Notes under the pieces: model-generated
Database searches by the model: none
What the model saw: only the letters and a program-made list of their open reading frames with translations
What the model was told of the DNA's origin: nothing
Position numbers and translations under genes: made by a program
Assembly: GCA_964234715.1 (NCBI GenBank)
Contig: OZ174286.1
Reading direction: 5' to 3' (one strand)
DNA from: Podarcis melisellensis
Lineage: Eukaryota
Length of the DNA: 64,000 nucleotides
In this document: piece after piece, positions 23,587 to 36,892 of the stretch
Layout: each line of letters starts with the position of its first letter
Position numbering within the stretch: the first letter of the stretch is position 1

Positions 23587-23941
23587 AAGGTAAAGGGACC
23601 CCTGACAATTAAGTCCAATCATGAACGACTCTGGGTTGTGGCACTCATCTCACTTTAAAGGCCAAGGGAGCTGGTGTTTGTCCGTTTCCACAGACAGTTT
23701 TTCCAGGTCATGTGGCCAGCATGACTAAGCCGCTTCTGGCGGGTGGAAATGCTGTTTACCTTCCCACCAGAGTGGTACCTATTTATGTACTTGCACTGCA
23801 TGCTTTCGAACTGCTAGGTTGGCAGGAGCTGGGACCGAGCAATGGGAGCTCACGCCGTCGCGGGGATTCGAACCGCGGACCTTTCAATTGGCAAGCCCAA
23901 GCGGCACAGTGGTTTAACCCACAGCACCACCCAGCCTCCAA
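23587..23941 (-). mobile_element. Sauria SINE (Squam1-type), full length
   Basis: Minus strand has a tRNA head with A box (GGTGGTGCTGTGGG) and B box GGTTCGAATC (23865-23874), the TCATGCTGGCCACATGACC core and an (ACCTTT)n tail. 13-bp TSD ATGTGACACAGTA at 23574-23586 and 23942-23954. Confidence 0.88.
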
Positions 23942-24357
23942 ATGTGACACAGTAGAGCTCTTCTAAGCAGAAAACACACCATCCAGTACATTTTCAACCT
24001 ACATCTGTCAGCTGCAGTAGGAACAGGAACCATTGCACAAGTAAGAGCAACCCTGAATCATCCCCTGTATTTCTGTTGCTGAGGCTATGTGTGCCACGGC
24101 ACATGTAACCAAACTGGCACCACCTGTGCACAAACGGGAGTATCAGCAGGGGTGATCCTTTTGGTGCCCGAGGCAAAGTACACATCTCACATAGGGAATC
24201 TGAGCAGATTGGCAGCTGATCTTACGTATGTCAACACTGGCAATGGGACAGCATCTTCCATTGTACGCAATGGCAGCCAGTTAGGTTAGAAAGTGCAGGA
24301 TAGCTTAGGGGACACAAGGAATTATGTTTTGTGTCTGGGAGAGGGAGAGTGGGGTGG

Positions 24358-24426
24358 AAGAAAGAGAAAGAGAAAGAGAAAGAGAAAGAGAAAGAGAAAG
24401 AGAAAGAGAAAGAGAAAGAGAAAGAG
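24358..24426 (+). repeat. (GAAAGA)n hexanucleotide microsatellite
   Basis: About 11 perfect units. Confidence 0.95.
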
Positions 24427-25234
24427 AGATATCTGTCACTTCCCATTATCTGCCACCTGAGGCATTTAGGGCTGGACCTCAAGGCCAAAGAATGGCACCC
24501 CACAGCTCAGCCTCAGAACACCAAGAGAGCAACAATGATGGCAGTGCTAAACAGGTCTCACACCAACTCCTAAATGTATGGGTGTGAGCCCATCAGGGCT
24601 GACACTGGTCATTGCAGCATGTTGTTGTTGTTGTTGTTGTTGTTGTTGTGGCAAGCACATACTTTGTCATTTTAATTTTAATTTTTAAAATAAGTTATCT
24701 TTTCATACAACAAAATAGTGCTTATTCCTAAATAAATGTATGGAGCATCAGAAGCAAAATCCACTTTATTCCTGTAGTGCTATGAGTTTAAAATGTGAAG
24801 CTGAACATGCTTAGAGGATTCTTTTTTTAAGAAATAAAAAATAAATCAGGGTTGGCAAAGTGTTTTTCATCTGCTTTTTCCCCTCTAACGTATCAGGTAG
24901 GGGAGAGGGGAGAAGAGAAATGCTAACGGTGTGCTTCACAGCAGCTGAAGTAATGTACATGGCTAGCTAACTCCTCCTCACCTCAGCCACCCTCTGTGAG
25001 ACCATTATGTCCAGGGTCTAAAGTTACCCTGCTGCACCAATGCTCAACAGCAAACAAAGCAAGAACGTGGCAGGCGCAGGAGCCGAACCTGACGGACTGT
25101 GCCTCCAATATTTCCTTTGTGCTGCGCAGAAAAGAGAGGGAACTCTACAAAACAAAGGGCTTGTATATTTCATATGCCTGACAGGCAGTTGCATGGAAGG
25201 TACTCAAAGCACTAGTCGGGGAGAGAATAAAGGG

Positions 25235-25372
25235 AATAACGATTTAATTAGGAAAAGTCAGCATGGATTCACAAAAGGGAGTTCGTGCTTAACAAACGAT
25301 AATGGGATTTCCGGAGCTGTAATAAAAACTGCTGACAGAGAAAAGAGATAGTTGCAATTTACCTGGATTTTT
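25235..25372 (+). pseudogene. Ancient CR1 LINE RT fragment
   Basis: Translates to NDLIRKSQHGFTKGSSCLTN and, after disruption, VAIYLDF, matching the CR1 RT QHGF..SCLTNL / YLDF motifs. Confidence 0.75.
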
Positions 25373-27156
25373 ATACATACCCTTTAAAGTGTGTGAAGGG
25401 ACTTATTTTCCCCCTCCCCTCTCATCCCTGCCAAGCTTGGTGGGAGCATGGAAAGTGTAAGAAGCCGCGAGGAACTGTCTGTCTCCCACAGCCCCACCTT
25501 TGTAAAAGAAATGTTGTGGGAAAGCAAAGACAGTTTTGCTGCTGGACTCTGTCACTCACCATGGTGGAACTTCCTAGAGAAATGGTGTTGCCAGACAGCT
25601 GCTCTCATCAATGAGGTGGCTTATTCTACGTTGACAATATCTATATGCCACCCAAGAGTTATCCGGGCGGCTTATAACAACAAGAGACACAATGCAATTT
25701 CCAATAGTAACAAACTATATATGTGTGTATGCATGCATGTGTGTGTGTCTGTATACATATATAGAGAGCAGAAAATCTTCAGCAGCAGAGACTAAAACCA
25801 GTCAATACCGACAACTTCAAGCAACACCAAACAATTCTCCTGAGTTCTGACCAATTTTAAAATTAAAAACATGAATGTTGCCAAGTTTAGAAAAATAGCA
25901 TTTGGAATCAAGGATCAATTTTTGCTCTGGAGCAATTTTATACCATCAGAAAAAGGAAGTGGTACAAAATCATGAATCGAGTTCCTAATGTATTATAAAT
26001 GCAGGTCTTGATCCAGCTAAAGCTAGTTGCAATTAACGCTGCAATTCTATAGATGTCTTCTCACAGTTAGGTGTCATTGGGGCTTACTCTCAGGCCAGGA
26101 TGAGGCTCATTACTATCTTGGGACCCACTTGTTAGTCATGATTATTTTTAGCTGAACAGGCCTTGAAGTGAGATTTCTTTCAGCTCTGATTCTTCTCTTC
26201 TTCCTCCCATTCTTCTCCCAATTTTACTTTTGCTTTGGTCAATTTCACCTACCTGGAAGCTTCATTTTAACAAACTTTCGGAATCCAGATCAAGTCAAAG
26301 TTATTTACAAAATTGTTGTTACAATGAAATCTCATTATAAACTGGGCTGAGCTGTTAGACTGCTCAGATCGAAAGCTGTGGTTTTGGATATTCCAAACTC
26401 ATAATTCACCATAATATATAAATCAGTCTGAAAACATAAGAGTACATTGTGCCCTTGCAATTTTGCATTTGGTGTTCATTTAGGGATACTGTGTGAATTA
26501 AATGCAAATACTAAAATATCTCCCCTAGTTTTCCGACGTTACCTTCATAACTTAGCATGTTAAGCAGGCATTAGTTCAGAGCCAGGCAGTGGTGCTCCAA
26601 CTGTCCTCTTCAATATTTTTTGGCATGTCATGATCATTCCAGGGGAGTTCTTCATGGAAGCAAGAGTCTGCATCCCCTAGCTGGATTGGAGTGTTTTATG
26701 TGTGGCTCCTGGGAGAGAAGTATATATAGACTATTTAGTACTCAGGGACAGCCCTACCATTAGGCTGAGTGAGGAAGCCACCTCAGGTGGCATATCCTAG
26801 AGGCAGACAGTGATGGTAAGGTGTTGGGAAACACCATGTGCGTCTCTTGTCGTGCCCTGCACACTGGTGGACGAACCTGGGGGCGGGAGGGGCGTTCCAC
26901 CTTGGGTGCCATCCTGGGGAGGTGCCATCGTGGCCGCCTCCGGGACGTGCACCACTTGCCGTGCACCTCCGGGACACACGTCACGCCCCCCACGACACAC
27001 GCCAGCTAAGCCCCTGCCTGTCTGCCATTCTGGGTGCCGGAGCATGTCGCTCTGCCACTGGCCCTGCACCCTCCAAAACTAGCTAGAATGCTGCCCTCAA
27101 GGAGAGTGGAAGATGTCCCATCACCAGTGACAAAGTATAATTCAGGTGCTGGTCTA

Positions 27157-27585
27157 TGTCAGGTGTGCATGCAGGAGCCAGGCCCTGTTACCAATGGGAC
27201 TCTGCAGGCCTTCCTCAGTTTGGTCTGAAGAGGCAAGGCGTGGCCACACAGGTGAGGCCGACTGGTAACTCACAGCACCTGGTGGCAAGAGCCGGGAAGG
27301 GATATAAGGTCAGCATTTCCCCTTCAGCTCTTTGCCACAGCAACATGCTTCCTGCCTTGCTGTGTTTGGCTTCTTGCTTCTGGATCCTTGAACCTCAGCT
27401 TCTTGACTCCTTGCTCTTGATCCTCTGACCCCTGGCTTCGTGACTCCTGGCTCTTTGACCCTCAGACTCTTGGCTTCCTGACTCCTGGCTTCTGGACCCC
27501 CATTCCTGCTCCCACCCCACCATCTTGCCCCCCGTCCTGATATCTGCTGCCGGGACTTTGATTACCCGTGAACCGGACCGTGACA
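27157..27585 (+). mobile_element. Solo LTR (429 bp) of an LTR retrotransposon/ERV
   Basis: TGTCA...TGACA termini, perfect 5-bp TSD GTCTA (27152-27156, 27586-27590), TATA-like GATATAAGG at about 27301, and pyrimidine-rich ~15-bp repeats (GACTCCTGGCT) downstream. Confidence 0.85.
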
Positions 27586-28029
27586 GTCTATTTGGTTTCT
27601 GTAGGTGGAATGGTGGTGGAGGTGGCACCATTTTGTCTTCTGCTTCGGACATCAAAATGTCCTGTACTGGCTCCATTAGTGCTTTGCACATAGCTAGCAG
27701 CCATGAACCAGGCATGTGTCAATCACTCACTTGAGAAACAGGGGATGGATGATATCAGAGACAACAGCACTGGCTAATATGTGTGCAGAGCATTTGTGCA
27801 GGCCCGCACAGCAGTGTACAGGCCTATGGTGCACGCATGCTTCTTTGGATTGAGGCCAATGAAAAAACAGCTATAGCACCCATTAAACAGACACAACTGG
27901 AAATTACATGCAATAATTAATCGTGTAAGCTCTGTTCTTAAGTGGACTAGATTGCTGCTCGCAGTCCAATAGCTATCTGGCATGAAGTCCTGCCCGGAAT
28001 TTAGGAAATGATAATTGACTTCAAAGAGG

Positions 28030-28310
28030 GAAAGAACTTGCTTGAACATCAGAAAGAAATGACAAATGTGAGTTCAGCATGTAGGGCTGTGACTAGAGGA
28101 GAGTCACAAGGATTAGTATTAGGATCAATTTTGTTCACTTTATATATCAAGCAAGAAGAAGCTGTAAGTGGATTATGCTCGCCGCCAACAGAAAAGTGCT
28201 AGGGCAGTCAAAACAAAGGAGGAGGGCGACCAAATTCAGAACAGAGGAGCGAGATAAGTAGCTTATGAAATTCAAAGTACGTAATGTAAGGTAATGAGTC
28301 TGGGAATGAA
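28030..28310 (+). pseudogene. Ancient CR1 LINE RT fragment (downstream RT motifs)
   Basis: Translates to RAVTRGESQGLVLGSILFTLYI, matching CR1 VTSGVPQGSVLGP.LF.IYI; followed by ATGAAATTCAAAG..AATGTAAGGTAATG (MKFN..KCKVM-like). Confidence 0.7.
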
Positions 28311-29973
28311 AAAATAAAATAAAAGCCCCAGCAAGGGGGGAGGGGGAATAGAATATACACTCAAGAGTAATATATTATGAAACATTAAGCAAGAGTAGAT
28401 CTGAGGTTAGTGGTAGATAAGGCTGTAGCTCCATTAGCAAAAATGCTGAATAGAGCAGTTGAAGGGGGGGGGCAGGGATAACTTTGCTCCACAATAACAT
28501 AATGGCAGATGTAAACTGGGGTAGGTGTCTGTCTGTCTGTCTGTCTGTCTACCAGACTGCAGACAGAACATTTCTTATTTACATCCACCTATACATTATT
28601 GTTGTGTATCATTAACAGAACACAGTATACTGTAGGGATGCTATGACATGGCTAGAATGGGAGTGAAGAGTGAAAGCAATTCTTTGGGCTGAACTGTTGG
28701 AAATCTCAAGGGAGGGAGGGAAACACAAGATGAAAAGGAGAGAGGGCTGCCTTTCGCATTCCCAATGGGAAGAAGAGAAGATAGTTAGTACAAGGCCGCC
28801 TGAGCTAGTTACATATGAAAGGGCGCAGAGCCATGAACTTTAGCTAAGGGCCAGGCACCAGAGGAATTTTTCCTCCCTCTACAAAACGAATGAACCAAGG
28901 AACTTAACCGAGGGCAATAACAATAGGCCCAACAGACACAAACCACTTTGAAAAGCAGACTTTAGAAGAGGGACCCCGTTGCGAGGTGCAGGTGCAGCTA
29001 TTAACCTCACAGGAAAGGAAACAGCAATAGATTTCTCAAGTCTATCCATAATACCCATTCCCTCATGCTTCATAAGCCCATGTTAAACATCCATCATGAG
29101 TAAGGCAATGTTTCCCCCCGCCCCCAACAGTTGTAATAGGCATTAGGTAAGACCAAAACCTCAGGCGCTGTTATCTTCTAAAAATTCAAATCCTGCTCCT
29201 ATCCAACCTATGGCCCTGTTGCCAAATTTGTATTCTTGGCTAATTGGTAAGGTTGAGGGAGAAAATCGATTCAGTTCACATTTAAAGGTGAATTTTCCTA
29301 ATTCACACTTTTTGAAACAATATGAGAACTGAAACACAACCATCCTTCAACATCTGTACTTTTCCAAATTTCAAAATGCAGTTGTCCAGGCAAGTAATAT
29401 GTACAAGAATGCATATACTAGAGTCATTTCCACAAAGATGTGTGTATAGTAGTGAAAAGAACATGCATCCTATTAGGAAAATTGCATACAAAAAGGTACA
29501 TATTAAGAAAAAATTGCTGTGCTGATGAATATCCATGAGGAGTTTAAAAAATAATAATTCCAAAGCGATGCTGAAATATGGAGAACATTTAAGTATGGAA
29601 AAGTGAGAAACTAAAATTAACAGATCCACCCATCACTACAATTGGTGAAACTTACAGTTTATTATGGAAACATAGCAACTTTGTGAATGACCTAAGGCAG
29701 TCAAGGGAGGTTGTAGTAGCTTAATACATTTGTCTGCTTAAGTAATTTGCATGGCAACCCCTCTGAGATCTGAACTAACCATTGATAGACCGGCGATGCA
29801 GTAAAAAGCATACACAGGGCAGGACATGATGATGATGATGATAATTTATTATTATTATTATTTGTATTCTGCCTCCCTGGCCAAAGCCAGGCTCAGAGCA
29901 GCTAACAACAAGTAAAAATAGCACAGTGTACATAAAATCACACAGTCAATTAATTAAAATACATTCCTTCATT

Positions 29974-30129
29974 GAGTGGCGGAGCTAGCCGCTCGGGCAC
30001 CTGGAGCAGCGCGCATGTCATGCACCTGGGGGCAGGATAGCCGCCCGCAGAGGATTTTGTCAATCCACCCCCCTCAGGGATGACACCTGGGGCAAGCCGC
30101 TCCCACTGTCCCCCCTTCCTACGCCCCTG
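29974..30129. mobile_element. hAT-like MITE (156 bp)
   Basis: Perfect 8-bp TSD CCTTCATT (29966-29973, 30130-30137); termini GAGTGGCGGAGC / CCTACGCCCCTG. Confidence 0.75.
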
Positions 30130-30422
30130 CCTTCATTCTATATAGGGAATAGCATGTGACTGTAGCAAACATAGGTTTGCTCAGGTCTCATATTATTTTT
30201 TATAAATGGAGGTGCGCTCCAACGTTCCCAAGCTCTAGCCCCATACCTAACCATTGGAGGAGTTGATTGGTCCCATAAGCTCTGACACTGCAGTCTCTTA
30301 TTCTTAATGATGTCAACCTTATTCAAACTACAAAGTTCAATTTCATTTATCTGGGTCTGAATGAAGACAATGGTTTATTGTCATAGTCCAGGCGTTCATG
30401 GCATTTACTAAACATTGGTAAG

Positions 30423-30423
<1 letters not shown>

Positions 30424-30472
<49 letters not shown>

Positions 30473-31030
30473 TTATTATTTATACCCCGCCCATCTGGCT
30501 GGGCTTCCCCAGACACTCTGGGCGGCTTCCAAAAAAATATTAGAATACTGTAATACATCAAACATTAAAAGCTTCCCTAAACAGGGCTGCCTTCAGATGT
30601 CTTCTAAAAGTCTGGTAGTTGTTGTTCTCTTTGACATCTGGTGGGAGGGCGTTCCACAGGGAGGGCACCACTACCGAGAAGGCCCTCTGCCTGGTTCCCT
30701 GTAACTTGGCTTCTCGCAGTGAGGGAACCACCAGAAGGCCCTCGGTGCTGGACCTCAGTGTCCGGGTAGAACAATGGGGGTGGAGACGCTCCTTCAGATA
30801 TACAGGACCAAGGCCGTTTAGGGCTTTAAAGGTCAGCACCAACACTTTGAATTGTGCTCGGAAACGTACTGGGAGCCAATGTAGGTCTTTCAAGACCGGT
30901 GTTATGTGGTCTCGGCGGCCACTCCCTGTCACCAGTCTAGTTGCCTCATTCTGGATTGGTTGTAGTTTCCGGGTCACCTTCAAGGGTAGCCCCACACAGA
31001 GCGCATTGCAGTAGTCCAAGCGGGAGATGA
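30424..31030 (-). mobile_element. 5'-truncated young L2 (LINE-2) copy with (TTA)n tail
   Basis: Open frame 30558-31019 encodes DYCNAL.VGLP...RRDHITPVLKDLHWLPV...RAFSVVVPSLWNALP (L2 ORF2 C-terminus); short 3' UTR and a microsatellite tail at 30424-30470. Confidence 0.9.
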
Positions 31031-31139
31031 CTGTGGTTGGTTGGTTGGTTGGTTGTTTTTACAAACTGTTGCTGCCGCAAAGGGTCACTGTGCTTGTTTG
31101 GCATGCACTGAAGCTTTAATTGAATTGTCACACACTGGG

Positions 31140-31316
31140 GAAGGGCCTCAGATCAGTGTAGAGCATCTGCTTTGCATGAAGAAGATTCCAAGTTCAATCC
31201 CTGGGATCTCAGGTAAGGCTGAGAGAGGCCCATGCCTGAAACTCTGGGGATCCACAGTCAGTAGAGACAATTCTGAGCTGCTCTGACTACCAATATAAGG
31301 CAGCTACCTACATTCC
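31140..31316 (+). mobile_element. tRNA-derived SINE
   Basis: AGATCAGTGTAGAGCATCTGCTTTGCATG...AGTTCAATCCC head; tail ATAAGGCAGCTACCTACATTCC. Confidence 0.65.
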
Positions 31317-34300
31317 TGTACTTTTTGCATTTCATTGTCACTTGAACTTCTACATCATTTCACCTTTAAACTCATTTATCTACCAGCTGAGGATTACGCT
31401 TCATGCATTAGATGAAGTGGAACTCCAATCTGCAAACGCTTGGGCAATTTGTTAACCTTTAAGGTGCCACAGTGCTCTTTGCCACCTTTGACTTCTTTCC
31501 AAATCACTCCTCCATCAAACTCACATCAAAATGGCGGGCCTTAAAGAGAGATCCTGCTAAACAGAAGCTAGGATCACAGGAGTAAAAAGGGAGCTAGATG
31601 GGAAGGAGGGAGGAAGGGATTTATTCTGTTAGACTTTTTTGACCTCACGGTGCTGAAATGGGGCCGAAACTTCCACAGTGTGTTCCTCTCATCCTTGAAA
31701 TAAATGTTTGCCGAACTGTGAAAAACAAGCTATTGACCATATTTCTGTCAGAGCAGATTCATATTTGACTGTGCATTATCACCATGCATTTCGCCTTTGC
31801 ATCAGAGGTTTCTGGATTTAAAAAGAAAGAAAGAAGAAGCCTTTAGCAGATAGGACTAGACCAATTTCAGTTTTGCAAAATCTTGATCTGTCTCATCTGA
31901 GTCTGCCAATCAGCTTTGCCATACCGACTCCCAGCAGCAGTGCTCACTGGGACATGCCTAATGATAGTCTAGCTTTCCCCTGGGTTTGGAGAGAGGTTTC
32001 TGAAACACAACTGTGCCCTACATAATGAGCAAGAGACATCGAGGGAATTATAGTCCTTAGTGAACCTCAAGTACAAACCAGGCTTGTTCCCTTCTATCAT
32101 GTTCCAAGTCAATCTAAATGCATTACGGACCACAGAGTCACAAACTGTATTTGATTATTTATAACCATAAAATAAATGGAATAATTTGGGACTTCTGAAT
32201 TTCCCCCTCCTCCTCCTTCAAAAGCAGATAAGGCATGGAACAGCAAACTCTCTTGTGGAAATGTATGATTAATGTGTGATGAATTTATAATACGATAGTA
32301 TCTGGCAGCCATTGAGATGCTGCTCAGAACTTGTGCCTTACAGTTCCTCTCCTTATAAGATATACAACTTTTTTTATATAAGGCAACCTGGATTAGCTAG
32401 ATGTATACTCTTGAAAGGAAGATTTCACATTATTTTTATTTTTATTATCATCATCACCATGAAGCCTTTGTTCTGAACAATTTTCACTCCTCCAAATATA
32501 GACCAGATTTCTACAATGCACCTGCTTATGATCAACTATAAAGACAAATATGGTATATCTTAGAATGTATTACCAGACATTAGTCTGGCAAGATGAAAGA
32601 AAGACGTGGGATTGACTGATGTAGCCATCAGTCAGAGGTTCCCAGGATTACAGCTACCTATGTAACCTGGACAAAGCTACATCAAAGGCCTAATTAGGTG
32701 GATGCGAATGTCTAAGTAGACTATATAGAAATGACTCAGAGGCTATGATATTCTTTTCCCTTGTGATCCAGGGATGCACAAAATATAGAAGTGTATGGTA
32801 TCAGTACTCTCTGCCAGTTTCCTAGTGATGTACCATACTTTTCTGTCAAAAAGCCCCAGAAACATTTTTCTTATTTTCCAACATCAGACAGAGCTTTTTC
32901 TAATTAGTTAGTCTTGATTCTACAGTTTGAAAATCAGTGATAAACGGAAAATTTGTCTCATCCCCTGTGTTCTAAACAAAATTCCAGTTTTTGATGCCCT
33001 TTTTCAAGAGCTTCTGAGTCTATAATAGTTTCTTAGGAGTGGAAGCTGTTTTGATATATTGCTCTTGAGGGAAAACGGAATAAATATTCCCACCCTACCC
33101 CCTACAATTCAGAAAAACATATTTGCCTTTTAAGAACACCTGCACTGACTGGGTGGGCAGTGGGCAGATGTTACTAATAAAATTAACATAAACCATGAAT
33201 TAGACCCTTGGTTTCATAATCTTTTTTATCATCAACAATCCAAACACATCATAGACCTCTTCCAAAATCATGACATGCATATTAAAGCAGTTATAAACAC
33301 ATACACTAAGCCAATACAGATGTAATGCTCTTGATGGTCTAACCATGGTTTTGGAGTCTGGGGGCTTACATACTTTCTTCTTTATTTCCCCTCTCAAATG
33401 AATTCCCTTCCATAGTTTCTTTTAACATGGTGGTAGCATTACATGTGCTGTAATGCTGTAACCATGGACTGGCCCCAGAACCGGGCTATATAAGTAGGCT
33501 TGCAATCCCTGGTTACTGCACCATACCAGCATCATAAGTAGTTTGGACTACCAGCATGTTCTGCTATGCACAGCCCGATGTTTTGAATTTCAAGAGAAAT
33601 CACTGAAAACAACATCTATAATGCCTTTTGTGATTATAAAAAGAAAGAAAGATCAATACTACTGCACTGTGCCATGAATTGGCAAATAGAAAGGCTCATA
33701 ATTCAGCTCATCATGAAATGCCAGCCAGAACCATGGCCACGTTATTACTAAACTCTTCAGTTGTCCAGGCTGTTTTCCTGCTGGGTCAAAGCACAGCATA
33801 CACTTAAACCTAAAGCAAACCAGATTGATCTTGACGACCCAGGCTGCCTTTGATAGACTTTAAGCGAGGAATAACAGAATATTGTTTCACAACTGGACAA
33901 GCCCCGTTTGGAAACCATCTGCACTTCCCTTCTTGCATGTGCAGAAGATATTTTACAGTAAGCACCCTACCTTTTTAATGCTGCTTCATTGGGGATTTTT
34001 ATCTGGGATAGGGGAAGGATAATACCCCTGCCTTTTAAGAGGAAGATAAAATGGTAGAATGAATACAACTCCTGTCTTTGAAACGTTTATGCTTTTAGGT
34101 ATTAAGAAAAATACAATAACGGAAAAACATACTTCCAGAAAGTAATAGAAATGGGCAAAATGCACATTAATACCCTTTTTAAAAAGCAACTTGCAGCTGA
34201 ACACCTCTGTTGGGTCTGCAGCTTAACACTCTATATTATCCATCACGCTGCTTAAGCATTATTCTTCCTTGTATCTGATGTGCCTTTTTTTTGTGCCGCA

Positions 34301-34656
34301 TGTATTTCAGTGCCTTAATGGCTGTAATTTATGTGTGAGGGTTTTTTTCTTCTTCTTCTTTCTTATCCTGCACCTTGACTGCCAGTAATTGTGACTGAGT
34401 GTTGATAACACACAAAGGGAGTCCTGTAGGTTTGATGGGATACTTAGGGATTCTCAACCCTCTTTCATTCCTTTTAAGGTTGTGAAGAGTTGCTGCAGCT
34501 GACAGTGTCTTGTTACGTTGCAACAGTGTGTGTGCGCGCACACATTAATTTCTGAACCAATGACTCTCTAAAAGTCGACCTTTTTAATGCTTTTTCATGC
34601 AGGATTTCTGTTACAGAGGAGGTGTGGTAAGAAGCCTTTAAAGCAAAAGATAAAAC

Positions 34657-34657
<1 letters not shown>

Positions 34658-34716
<59 letters not shown>
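34658..34716 (+). repeat. (AT)n microsatellite
   Basis: About 29 perfect AT units. Confidence 0.95.
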
Positions 34717-34719
<3 letters not shown>

Positions 34720-35350
34720 AAAATGGTACAAAGAATATGCCTAAGTGCTGGAAATGGACTCTGCTGCTTGATATGGGTGCAAAGAGGCAGGCAATGGAAA
34801 AGGTAAATTTAAAAGGGCTACAAAGGTGATGGTCCTTTGGAGATAGAGATTCTTTCCTTTATTGCAAGAAATAATTAGCACATGGCTAATACCTCTTAAC
34901 GGTCACTTTATTCTAGAAAGCTGCACAGAGGTATAACAGAAGAGAGGGAAATGAATTGTGTAAAACAGCTTTATTGGGATTACTTTGATAAAATCTACAG
35001 GGAGTTGTTCTTTTAAAAATCTAAATTCTAAAAGAAGCAAGACTTCTTTTCCAGCTGATGACAGAACAGAATAATTTGCCTGGTTACAGATAATGTGATA
35101 GGAAAGGGAGAAATAGATGATGTGAAAAGAAGAAGAAAAACCTCAGCACTGTGGATTTCAAAGGAGATAAATCACAATAGAAAAATACCTTGTCACAGCT
35201 AGCTTCATCTGACAGGGAATCCAAGTTGTAATGTTCTATTAGTTGGTGTTAGTTTCTGCTGCTGAAAACAGCTAAACCAAAAATGTCATTCTTGGTTATG
35301 TACAGTTAATTACAAAACTCAAAGGATTCCCTCAATTTCCACCAGAAATT

Positions 35351-35398
35351 AAGGAAGGAAGGAAGGAAGGAAGGAAGGAAGGAAGGAAGGAAGGAAGG
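35351..35398 (+). repeat. (AAGG)n microsatellite
   Basis: 12 units. Confidence 0.95.
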
Positions 35399-36892
35399 AT
35401 AATCTGTAAATGGGAAGAGCAGATGCCAATGGGGAAATTCCTCTGTTTTGGGACTAGTGACCTCCCCACCCTATATGCATGTATAAATGTACCCTCAGTC
35501 TCTCTGAGGATTCTAATTCCCATAAATATTTTCAATAATAAAACACACCCTCAAACAGCTTTTCCCATCTGTCCCACACACTGCTACAAAATTATTTCAA
35601 AAACATAAACACTTCATTTGCTACCCAGAAAGGGCCAGTCCTATTATTAGGTTGAGTGAACCAGCTTCCCTCAGACGGCAGATGCTGAGGGGCAGAAGCT
35701 GGTGGCGACGGAAGGGACAATAGATCACAGCATTGCCAGTGGTCAGGGATCATGGCGATTCAAGAGTGAGAAAGGCTGGGGTAGAGGGATCTGTGGTCCC
35801 CCTGGTGTTGATGGACTACAACTCCCATCATTCCTGACCATTGACAATATTGGTTGGGGGAGTTGGAATCCAACAATATCTGAAGGACCACAGATTTTCG
35901 GTCCTGGTGTAGTGCCAGACTAGTTTCAAATATCTTCTCAGCCATTAAGCTCACCTGCCTTGAGTTACTTGAAGGAAAATAAATGTGGGATATAAACGAA
36001 ATGATGGCGATATCTCAGGAATAAAATACGTTGACAAAGGATCCCCCAGCTCCTTGCCAGTCAAGGGAGGAACAAAGGCATTCTTCTTTGTTTAAACTAA
36101 GAGAATAGGCTATCTTTATACTGCAACATTGTATTCAGCAATGTCAATTAATGAACCATTAAAATTGATTTCTTTGCACTAAATGGGGCTTCATTCACAA
36201 ATATACCCTGCTGCAACAAGAGCCATTTAAGTTTTAAAACCACTTTGTTCTGAAGCTTAGACTAGCCGATGCCTTTCAGAATCCTCATTGGCTTTGTCAG
36301 CGTGTAACAATCCCATTTTTGCCACACGTTTCCTATAATCCAGACTGGCAACTGATGCTCACTCTGCCACAAGTACTGAATGTGTGGCGTTCTTTTGAAG
36401 GCATGAAAAGAGACAACATGGAACAAAATGAAGATTGATTGAAGAACTATTATTTGCCACCCATTTTCTTCCTTTCCTTTTGTATGGCTCCGCCTGCCAC
36501 CACCACCACCAAAAAAACAAAACAAAACCCACAACCCCTTGGCTTTGCAGGGCTGTCCAATTTGCAAAGTAGACAGCGACTGTAAGGACATTGTTGCACC
36601 TCACTTGTTACAACCTCAACAGTGAAAGAAAATGTTGAAAAACCATTACTTTGCAAATAAAGGGGGAAAAAGAGGAAATAAAATAAAGTCCAGTAAGCAA
36701 ATTTCTTACCAAATGATGCTTGTGGTGCTCAACAGGGCAAAACAGAGCACAAGAGGCAAATGCAAAACTGTGTGATCCGCAAGACGTGAAATGCTTTGGA
36801 GATCCTTCATTTCTACCTGTGACCTACTGCTTTCTCTTCCATTACTTCACCCTGCCCCCTCCAAGATGTAATGCTTGAAGTTACATATGAGG

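Noticed and set aside
24231-24587. ER/KE/SF-repeat ORFs
   Set aside because: Translations of the (GAAAGA)n microsatellite.
26743-27067. GC-rich block with ORFs in most frames
   Set aside because: Probably a hAT-like relic (CAGGGACAG..CTGGCCCTG ends) with no TSD; ORFs reflect GC content and show no protein motifs.
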